64,000 bases of DNA. Source: Takakia lepidozioides. Its lineage: Eukaryota > Plantae > Bryophyta. Position 1 is the stretch's first letter; every line of letters begins with the position of its first letter. This document shows, piece by piece, positions 1 to 10,700 of this stretch. Position numbers and translations under genes: made by a program. The notes under the pieces were generated by a model. It was not told where the DNA came from and ran no database searches. It was given only the letters and a program-made list of their open reading frames with translations. Where the stretch lies: contig CM060733.1 in assembly GCA_030704615.1 (NCBI GenBank), forward strand, positions 1,860,001 to 1,924,000, in the 5' to 3' direction.

Positions 1-2815
1 TGGGTGTTTGGATGGGCCCAGGTAACCTGCCTGTCTACCCCAGTGCCCCCTCTGCCTATCTTCCCTATCTTTCTGTAACTCGCCCTCCATAATCTTGTCA
101 GTGGGTCAGTCTTTATTCTGTTAACTACAGATGCGTCCTGGCTATACTGCACCTACTGTAGCCCAGGTAGTTGGATTTCCCTTCGACTCCTGTTTGAAGA
201 TTGGCTAGGACCTACCCTGAGGGTATAGTATAGTCACACCGAGATACTTACCTGTGGAGCCAGTTGTGGGATTTCAATCCAAACTCCAAACTCATGCCAA
301 AATTGCAACAGACCTTGACACAGCCAATGACTATCTAGTGACACAGGGGTCAGTGAGTAGCACAGACATCACAATAGGCAGCATATTGTTGGTTCCTTAC
401 AATGACCCATGTGAGACATGTTTGCACTGCTTTGCCACACCATGGATGGTATTGACAGAAAGAAAGGCATCAATAACGTTCTTCCAAGGCCTAAATGGCC
501 AGAAGAGCTCACAAAGTTGTTGAATTGGTTGATGGGATGGCAGTCGAGGCATACGCTGCCAGCGTGGTATGGGGTCGGCAGCGGTATGCTGGGCTACACA
601 AACAACCAGCCCGAGCGGATAAAAGAGCTGCAGCGCATGTATATAGAGTGGCCCTTCTTCCGCACCTTCCTCTCCAGTGTGCAGGTACTTGCCTCCTTTA
701 ATGGAGGATAAGGCTACCCTAGCATTGTAAGATTTTAGAGGTGCATTGCAAAATGATGGACTTGGGTTTGAAGTAAACCAGCTTAGCTTCAGCACCTAAC
801 ACACCATAACTGGATGAGTTGGGTGACATGAACAGATGTCACTATTCAAAGCATCAATGGAGATCGCTCAAGAATATGCGCGGCTTTGCGGGTACTGTGT
901 CAGATCCCTTTTGGCCTGTATTTAGCTACTCTGAGCTGTGTAGCTGCCGCTCAAATCTCTTTAGCCCTGTAAACTGGGAAGGCATGTAATTGTCATCCAT
1001 TACCTATATTCTTAGAATGACATTGTCTGTAGAAAGAGCAGATGGCAAGGTGGCGTCTTGGTTCTTGTCATCTTCCCCCTCCCGTGTATGGTCATGTTTC
1101 TTAGTTTATATTTTAGGTGTTTACTCTGGTTATAAAAAAAGTTGGGTGCATCATGTCAATGGTTTTCCAATGTTCTGAAAATGTAATGCATTGGCTGGTC
1201 GAGGTTAGAATGTAGCAAACCCTATCTGTCAATGGTCCTCAAAGCTGCATTTTGGCTGCTGTAGATAGTGGTACACCTGCTTTCTCATTTTGCTTGTGCA
1301 CCTTACTCACTGCTTCTACTCTCGTTTCTCCCACTTGGTCAGAAATCGCATAACAGAGAAGCTGGTGTATGATTTGGTGGCTCAAGAGTATTTTTTGACT
1401 AAGGCACAGGTATGTGTTTACCTCCTACTCTACATTCCATGGGCCCTTATGCTTCTACTTTCATTTCTCCCACTTGGGCCGAAATTGCATAACAGAGAAG
1501 CTTGTGTATCTTTGTCTTCTTTTCATGGATGTTTCTGACGACCAGCATGATTGAAACCCTGTTGTCGAAGAGTTTGTCTGTCTGGCGCCGTGTCTGAAGA
1601 CTGAATTTGTGTGTATTTGAACATGGGGATCTCTTTACCTCTTCCTCTCCCGGTGGATGTTATAAAGTTCTTTCTTTCCTCCCCCTTTAGTTGACCGTTG
1701 TGCATGAGCAGTGGTGGGGTAACTTGCATGACCAGCTCTGGGGGATTGGTGTTCCATGGGCACCATGCCTTGATCATTGCCAATGTTCTTTGTACCTGGC
1801 TGTTGCTACATTGGTCACCAGCTCAAACTCTTGCATACCACCAAGATCACCTCAACAGCTTAAAGATATTACTGAGGTGAACCTGGCTTTGGGTACTTGG
1901 TCCAATTGTGGATTGGATGTACAGTTTCTGATGGTGTCTCAACAAAATGCACTGCTGGAAGATAACCCAAGCTTGGAAAGATCCTTTGACACACGGCGCA
2001 AATATTTGGACCCTCTCAATTATCTCCAGGTCTCTGATTTCTGGCCTGGAAGTCACCATAGGATAGAACGATCCTGCACATGCATTATCTTGTACAAAGT
2101 TGAGTGATTTCCACCTGTTCTTGCATTTAGGGCTTTGACATATTTGACATGTGGCAGTCAAATCATGGCGATGAAAGAAATGATTCCATCTGAACTGTAA
2201 TCAGAATCTCTTATATTATGTTATAAGGATGATACCATAGGGGTCTGCGCGAATTCGCAAATGTTTTTCCCTTTTGAGGTCCTTAGGAAAATGTTTTTCC
2301 TCAATATACGTAGACATCATAGAATAGTGTACTGACAACATTTTAGAAATCTGGAAAGAATGCCCTGATTGATTGTTTGGCAGGATTAAGGTATGTACCT
2401 ACACCAGTGTGTGCACTTAGAATAGTGTACTGACAACATTTTAGAAATCTGGAAAGAATTCCCTGATTGATTGTTTAGCAGGATTAAGGTATGTACCTAC
2501 ACCAGTGTGTGCACTTGATAGAAATATAGCAGGTAACTATCTTGTACTTGCTTTCAGAGTAAATGCTAGTTTTGCAGCTTTATTCACTCTCTCAGTTTCA
2601 ACAGAGTTGAGCAAAATTGAGTGGGGTAGAGCAACAAGCTCACCACTGCCAAATTGGAACTTGGACAGTTTTAAACCCTGTGGGGTTACCTGCAGGTAAT
2701 CTTGCTGGGCCGAAGAAGAGATCCCACAGCATCAGAGGCCCAGAAGTCGTTGTGGGAGAAGCCACTGCTGCGAAGCATCAAAGCCATAGCCAGCAACATG
2801 CGCAACACTGGATGA
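1..2815 (+). CDS. PPC: Phosphoenolpyruvate carboxylase, 3' part (5'-truncated by window); bacterial-like sequence with spliceosomal introns
   Basis: Exons 1-21, 544-684, 836-891, 1343-1409, 1925-2029, 2696-2815, all GT-AG and phase-compatible. They splice to WVFGWAQ/SRHTLPAWYGVGSGMLGYTNNQPERIKELQRMYIEWPFFRTFLSSVQ/MSLFKASMEIAQEYARLCG/NRITEKLVYDLVAQEYFLTKAQ/FLMVSQQNALLEDNPSLERSFDTRRKYLDPLNYLQ/VILLGRRRDPTASEAQKSLWEKPLLRSIKAIASNMRNTG*. PEPC motifs WPFF, YxDPLN and C-terminal RNTG are present. Confidence 0.95.
1451..1509 (+). repeat. Degenerate duplicate of the PEPC acceptor plus start of exon 1343-1409
   Basis: gcttctactttcatttctcccacttgggccgaaattgcataacagagaagcttgtgtat matches 1312-1370 (gcttctactctcgtttctcccacttggtcagaaatcgcataacagagaagctggtgtat); acceptor AG is changed to CG. 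Confidence 0.85.
2320..2516. repeat. 98-bp tandem duplication in the last PEPC intron
   Basis: tagaatagtgtactgacaacattttagaaatctgg...acaccagtgtgtgcactt at 2320 and again at 2418, nearly identical. Confidence 0.95.
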
Positions 2816-3899
2816 TCTATGGAAGTGACGTAGAATTTTGTGGTTGCTTTTATCCATTGGAGCAAAAGCAGATTCAGTGTGCCCCAAATTCCAGGAAAAG
2901 TAACAGGAGATACTACATTATCTTGCACTGTCCAGGTAATCAGCACTGTTGGGTTGGGTTGAGTCAATCTCAATGGCCACCAAGAGGACAGGCGGGTCTA
3001 TATCTGTAAAGGAGGATCATCTGTACCAATATGTGTTTGATGACTGAGAGTAATGGGAATGGTACATCGACCCTTTTCACTGTAGTACAGGGGCTTCTCA
3101 GCACTTAGTTTAGGCTCTATGGAGCTCTTCATGACTTCACTGTGATCCTGCGTTCCCCTCGGCCAGGTGTCATCTCAAGAATTGTACATGGTCCGAGCTG
3201 AGCTGATACATGGATATTTTTGGTTTGAAAATTCGAAGTACCAGATCTAGTAGTTGTGAATTGTTAAAGAAATCTTGGATCCACTTCACTTAGATTACTA
3301 TTTAAACTGTTTGGTTCATCCTCTTCACTATCAAAGGATCCACACACAAATACAACTGTGTCTGATGAAACAGAGGAGGTGGATTCAACGTCAGGAGCTA
3401 TGAACTTATTTTGGGCTATTTCGTTTGAGCTGGGTTGGGATCTAACCTGCCATGTAGTTGCTTACAGGAAAGCTCTAGCTTATATGTTATGTATTCTAGA
3501 CACAAACTCGTGTTCAACCAGTTGCTTGGAGTAACTCGTTAGGACTTCAACGCATTTTGGCCCTCATTGGTACTGGGGGGCTTTAGGGCTTGAGGAGGCA
3601 CAGCCAAAGCCAAGCAGTCTATCAAATGAATAAAGGATTTCCAGCAAGTAGACGGATTAGGACGAATCTATGCAGATGCAATGGCGTCCTATGATACAAC
3701 ATGCATCTCATCATTCAACAAGTGATGCCATTCATCCTTACATTGATTTTGTGCCAAGCCTAACTTGTTAACTAATTGTGGCTCAATGTTGTTGTTTCCG
3801 TGGCCAGAGTCTACTCTATCTCAAAGTTGAAATGAGACAGTGGACCAAGCAACCACTAGTGTGAGGTCGAAAAGGCCCTTCCTACGGGAAATGCCTCCA

Positions 3900-4720
3900 C
3901 AATCTCATGGCATTAGGTGTCTCTCCAAGTCGAACAGTTGAGCTGAATTTCTTTTGAGACAACTGAAATCAAAAGGTTTCCAATGCAACACCTCCCTTGA
4001 GACAACGTCCTTTGTTGGTCTCCTAGACATTGTTAGATCAATTCATAAGACGTGGTTTTGGGTATCTCAGAATGGCTGTGGTATTGGTAGATACGTGTTA
4101 CCCTAGAACAGGATTGGGCCAAGTATCATGTATAATAGGAGCAATCAAAATCCAGTGAATTAGCTTCCAGGTGGCCACAGGAAATTTCTGTCAATGTTCA
4201 GGTTAAATGTTACTTAGAGGTTTCAGAGGGGGGGTCAGTTTACCCTGCTTAGGGCACCAACCTGGGGACTGGAAAAATGTGGTATAACTTGAAACAGTTG
4301 TAGGGCCTCTGGTTCAAAGGTTGGTGTCCCCAGCCCCACAGTTCTTCCTAGACGCTCGGACATGTTCAAAACCAATGGAAGGAGTAAATACTCTAGCAGC
4401 ATGAGCCAACAGTGGGAGCATATCTCCAAATAAATTTCTGACGAGCTGGGTATCAGCCAGGAAGGAGATCTCAAATGGACTTGGCTAGGCTATTCTCAGC
4501 CAGTTGAGGTTGCCATGTTGCCTTCCCTATAGTGCTGAAGTGTTCAAACCATAACTCTGCATGTTTCAGGGGTAGGTTGGTTAGTAATCCAAAAGCATGC
4601 TGGGTACAAGAAGGGTTGAAGCTCTGCTTCCACAGGGTTGATGATCTGGTGCTAATCAGAACTTCATGCCTTGGTTTGAAATTTAAACAAACCTGTGAGC
4701 TGCCAATTTCCAAAGTTGAC
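3900..4720 (-). mobile_element. Decayed Ty3/Gypsy gag-like relic
   Basis: Minus-strand fragments LLTNLPLKHAELWFEHF, TTVSSYTTFFQ and KGRCLK resemble retrotransposon gag motifs (A..W, SV..Y...F, knuckle start). Many stops; no LTR or PBS identified. Confidence 0.35.
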
Positions 4721-7700
4721 TGAGAAGTTAGTTAACAATATTGTGGGTGATGGGCCTGGTGGGTCCCCTGTGGAGCACGGAATTGAAGACCCAAAATAGA
4801 AGTGGTGGGCACATGGAGTCACATGGGCAGCAGACGGGGCATGGGCACCGCGGTTACGTCACTAGGTGATGAGCCTAAGAGTTTCCCTAACAATACCTTC
4901 CCGCTTGCATACTCCGGGGGTGGGCAGCGATGTATGCGCTGGGCACCCACCCATGCGCGTTTGTCAGATCACAAGGGGCTTTGTTTATAAGGAAATATGT
5001 TGCGGAGATGTCAGCGGAATAGATTTGGTGCTCGTCCTTGTTCGACAATTTGAAGGCTGTTGCTGTGCACGTGGTTTGGGAGTAAGGGATTGAAGATTTA
5101 CGGTTTGGGTCTCGTCGGCTGATAAATTGAAAGTTCAGATGCTCTCCTCTTCGCTTGTACAAATTCAGGTATAGTGAAGGTGAACACTAGCCAGGTTGGC
5201 TGATTCTATTCGGTTTTCTTTGCAACTGCAATATTTTCAACCCACAATGGGAGGGCACCACCAATTGAGCGCGTCTGCGAAAAATCTTAATTTTGATCTT
5301 CCAGAAAGTATTTTTGCGGAAGAGATTATCTAAAGCGCACTGTACCGTCCAACAGCATTCGTGAAAGCGGTGTGGGTGCTGATTGAAAGCTGACTACTTA
5401 CTCCAAAGGACGATTGAGAAATGCATGGCGGAAACTGTGGCCGTGTGATAGGGGCCCAAGAACGAAGCAGGCTCGCAGTTTTGTCAACAGTCGCAGCTGC
5501 TTCTTGGGGAAACTTTGCAGCGGGAAAGTGGGAAGGGAGAAAAATATAGGTACAGTGGATGCGACAAATGTGGAGGCCCTCTTCGGGAGTCGGCACCCAC
5601 CGATCATGGCCCCACGCATTCGGGAAGAAGCGGCGGCAGCCTGGGCCCGGCCGGGAATGAGGGTCGCGCTGGCGTGGGCCAGACGGCGGTGGCTTCATAA
5701 CGGCCTGCTTCATTCCCGGCCTGCAGCTCTTGCGCACGCTACCTTGCCATGCCTCCCTCAGGCCCGAATTTGCGGCCGAAAAACCCATAACAAATTCTTG
5801 GACTCATCATCTGCTGATATCAGGTACGTTGAACGTCTCCAGTTGGCATCAAGTCTGCAAGTTATCAGAGTCAAGGGTGTTTGCGTAGTAACACTAATCT
5901 ATCGGCGAAATAGGCTTCGGCATGACTCCCATATGACTGGATTGAAGAGGTTGATCAGCAGACCAGTAGAAGTTTGAAGGAGACGGAGGTTGCTGTAGAG
6001 ACCCCAGGAATCAGAGCGACTTGTCTGCATATTCGTAACAGTGTCCGATCGGATTAAGCACTTAAGTTCACCGAAACCCATGTCAAGCTCCCTTGCAACA
6101 CTACATGTAGCTAGCGCGAAAATTGAAGAAGCAGCGCACCTGTAAGGTTGAGAGGCACTCTATCAAGGTGAATGACGCAGACTGTAACCGGACTGACTGT
6201 TGGCACCATTAGTATATGATATTCAGATCGTGCAACATATATCTTAGCAATAGATGAATCACAGCTGCCTGACGACCTCACTGGGCCCGCATCAGAAGAA
6301 AACAATAATATCTTGCAACACAGTACGAAAGGTGACGACGATCTGACACAGCTACCACCATGCGTGGAGTGTTGTGTAAGCTCTCCAGCCCCTTCAACCA
6401 CACGTGGCTGGTGTTGAAGGTCGTTAAAAAGAGGTCCGAGGGAGCCCACCAATCATTTGCAGCATGACTAACACTGAGCTCATCACCTTGGAATGAATCT
6501 GCATCCATGGGGTCCCGGATAATCATCCACGAACTGAAAACCCTGTTGTCCAGTGAGCACAGTTAGAGATGTCTTTGGATTGGCCTGATGAGTTGTATCG
6601 ATTCGTGTGCCAAGCTTTTGATTTTGGTAGCTTCTTTGGTGGAATAACTTTGTGCATACAAAAGGAGAACTATCTTTCCGCAAAAGAGTTCGGAAGTACG
6701 ATACTCTTGACCGGCCGTGTAATATTATTCTATCAACACCAGCCAACTTATTCAAAACGAATCGAATACCACTCATATTTTGCTCCACCAGACTAGGGGA
6801 GAATATCAATCAAGAACACCTAAGTAGATCTTCCGAGTTTCTAATTCAAACCAACATTCCTGCCATCACACATGTGAATGAGACGAGTGGCAACATTCTC
6901 TGTGTTCTGGAAATGTCGATGATAACCACAGCTCTGTACCTCTGGCAAGATTATTGTAACCAGATCTCTACAACTTTATTACAGTGACTACACTATTCCC
7001 TTAAAAAATAAATCTTGAAACCGAGTACATCATTCTATCACTCATCTCCCTCCACCTCCCCTCCTTCACACCTTTCCGCTTTCCTTAGATTTGTCGTCGT
7101 GCAAATTCGATCTCAAAAGTTTGTGAAATGCGTCAACTTTCCAACGTACTCAAGTACGATATATATACAACCCCAGTACGAGTATATTTTTTTCTACGCT
7201 GCATGTACCTACCTACGCATTGAGAACAAGTCAAAGAGTGGACAGATACTGTACCGTATTCGTACTGTGGGCCTAAGACGTAACTGAGGGGCTAGCTACG
7301 GTCGGTAGGGCCATAAGGATCTGGACACGTGTCCCGATAGTCCCAAACTATACGGTTCAGCTGTACAACTGTGGCAGTTGCTGAGCATTATTGTTCTGAC
7401 CGATACAACGTCTACCGAGCCGAGATGGAAGAATCCAAGTTAAGAGCATCTCTCCTTTTTTGACCCTCAAAATTTCCCTCAACTGAGGTTCAGTACTTAT
7501 TTTACAACTTGCGTCCTTGAATCGAAAACTGCATCCAGGAGATGTAGGATTCGTTTCAAGTACTATGAGGTGAAGTAGCCCAGTAATGGTCAATCAGTAA
7601 CAACTACAAAGTTTGCACGACACTGATTGTGTGAAGTTTTCTGGCCCGGACGCTGGCTTCCAGTGCAATCTTGGGCTACTGCTTGCCTTAATTACGAGTT

Positions 7701-10700
7701 TGTCTAAACTAGACACATTCGCTTCGGAGATACGAAAAATGAGCCATTGGAGCTCCCATGGTGCCGCTGGATCTCCTTGTTTCCGCTGCACAGTTGTGCT
7801 AGGTAGTGGGTTCAATCGCCTATCGACCATTGTGACTGCTAATCTTCACTGCTTTTGCTTCGCAGCTGATAAGTGGTGTTTTAAGTTTCATACTCCACGA
7901 TACCGTACATCATGGGCACACTGTCCCCATGAATGCTTCCACATCTCGACACATATTTGACATGAGCTCGGGCGGTGTTTGTATCATGGGTAACAGTAAG
8001 ATCGAGATGGTGTAAAACTTGGAGGAAAGGTAGAGACTAGAGACCTTACAAATCTGCCACCGAAAGTGATGGCAGCTAGAGGAGGGGGTTGGAAGCGATC
8101 GTGAGGCGATCTAGCACTGCATATTTTTGGGCGGACAACAAGCACGGGTCATGGAGAAAGGTGCCGAGGAACATTAGACACACGCCCATGCCCTCTTCTG
8201 ACTTTGGGCCAGGCAGGGCCATGGGCATGAGCTTGTAGTGACTTGCTCAAAAGCAGAGACACACACGCACCTCTCGAGGGAGAGCCGCCATCGCCCTGCC
8301 TGCCGAAGTCATCGCCGCTCCTTCTGGATGGCGGACCCCATAGTAGAGTGTTGGCGTCAGCTGCAATGCTTCCTTTTCAGTTACCAACTTATACCTACGG
8401 GCCGTATGCCATGACGTCCACTCCCCCGCTGCGCCCCTGAAACGAGGGAGGTGATGACCTCACTTCTCGATGTTTGCTCGCAAACACCTTCTAGAAACTC
8501 CCCCGAAAACATGAAAATGGGCTTGGAATCCCAACATATGTTTTCTCGACATTCACCTTACCAACTAGACTGTGCATGAGGTACTGGAAACCCACAAAAT
8601 CTATATCTTCACCCTCAGCCCTCCTCCATCCCAGAAAAAATGACCAATTGATTCTCTGAATCTCCAACTTTCAAAAGTTTTACATGATAAGAGCTCTGCC
8701 CGCATTTTTCCCACCTCTTTACAATTTTTCGGTCACAGCTGTGTCTACCACCTAACTAGCCTGAGCACCCTACAGCTAGCTTTACATAATGGTATTTCAA
8801 CATCATTCGAAGACTTTCCAATGAAATAGAACATTCCAACCGATCCTCGGAAGCTATTGATAAACTGGTTAAGAAGAGGATTAGTGACCTTATCAACCAG
8901 TAACCCACCTCTCCGACACTGCTAAGTCCGCAGCTAATGCAGTTTAGGCATCATGTTGTTCAATGTTGCGAATCAAAGTGTCGGAGGCATTCCTTAAAAA
9001 GTAGTTACTGATGACAATAATGAGCCCTCTGACTTCTCTAAAACTGGGGTTTAGTGGAAAGAATGGGAGGGTAGTGGAGCATTGAGTGGCTTAATTATTT
9101 CAGAGGGGACAGCAATATTTTGTCAGATAAGCTGGTCGTGGCCTAATTCTCTTAATTAGTGGTCCCTCTTTAGCTGATGGTTCCGAGTTGAAGTTAAGTG
9201 TGATGCTTGAGTTCAGAAGGAACTTGGAAGATCCAAAACCCCCACCCCACCTGCTTATAAATGAGTACAACGGAAAGATGAAAACTATTCTGAGTAAACG
9301 CGTTCGCTGGTGTTGGTGAATGAATGAATGATATTAAACATCCACAGCTTGCTGGGGACCCACTTACACCCAATGAAAGTCTAGTTTGAAGGAGGAGGGT
9401 TATTCTGTCTAAGTTGGGATGAAGATCATGTAATCATATAAAATGCACTGAAATAAAGAGAGACCAGTGAGTATGTATAGGTATATCCCTCATTAAACAC
9501 TAAGAGGAGAGACATTAACTGGATTATTGTTGGGAGTTGGAGTGCCTCCATAATATGGTGATGCAGTGCCAGGTGGGTAGAGCTTTTTTGGAAACATTTC
9601 TATGGAGGGGGTACAGATGGATAAGTTTTGTTTTAGAAGCTGCAGGGTTAGAGCATTTATCTGCCAGATAAGGGGACGCACTAAAAGCAGCATTGTCTTT
9701 AGACTACCTACTACCTACCTCGTAGTAGACTTGGAGGTTTTAGCCAACAAAGCTCAATAGGGGACACATACCATACCTCAACTGTTCCCAGACGAAGGAC
9801 ATTGATACCACCAACTTTTGGATTTAATTAGTGTGGAGATTTAATGATCCTGTTTTGAGTAGTTATTGGGTGGAGGGTCAGGAAACTCTGATAAGTAGTA
9901 AGAAGCACATGATCAAGCCACAAGTGGGTTGGGGAGTATGAATTCCCTGGATGTGTTCTAGGAAATGTCGTGCTGGAGGTAAGTTAGGTACTGACGTCCT
10001 CCTGCAGTGGTGGCTAATTGGGGTTGTAGCACTCCATAGCTACAAATCTTTCCTACAAGTGCTCTGGCCGTCGGTCGCTCACACACTCCACCCCCCACAT
10101 TTGCACGAACATCACTGCAACCTGTGTGCACATAAATAAGAGCTTGCAACCATGGCAAGCGTCGCAAATAGCCCCCTGAAAGTTTGGGCCTTTGTCATGG
10201 AATCTCACAACGAGAATGCCGATCCGACAGGAGTAAGTTGATGCATTCTACTTCAAGTCAATGCATTGGCTAACGGATTGGAGGAACCTAAATTGTCGTC
10301 AACCCTCGGCAACAAAATGCAGGGAGACAGGGCTCAGTTGTTAACAGATTTGCGTGCAAATGACTTGCACGTCTCTGAAAGTGCATTCAGTGACGTAGCC
10401 ACATTTCAACAGGGGTGACGTATACTTGATGACCTCGAATATCTCAAAGTCTAAACCCTGGACACTGGGCGGCAGAGTCCAGACTCACACAGGAATATGT
10501 ACCCAAACCCGGGCAGGGTCGATGATACAGTTGAAAAGTTGGCCTGATAAGCTGCAGAGTACAGAATACAACGAGATTGAGGCTGAGAGACGGCTTCAAT
10601 CAGAGTAAAGGCAGCAGTCGTGCCGTGCTGTGGGCACCTACACAGAAGCAACAACGTAACGGTGCACGGGACCCGTCAGCGCTTCAGCACCACGTGCCTT

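Noticed and set aside
8490-8910. LINE RT C-terminal relic (PRKHENGLGIP resembles PKxxGGLGI)
   Set aside because: A single weak motif with no other RT features readable.
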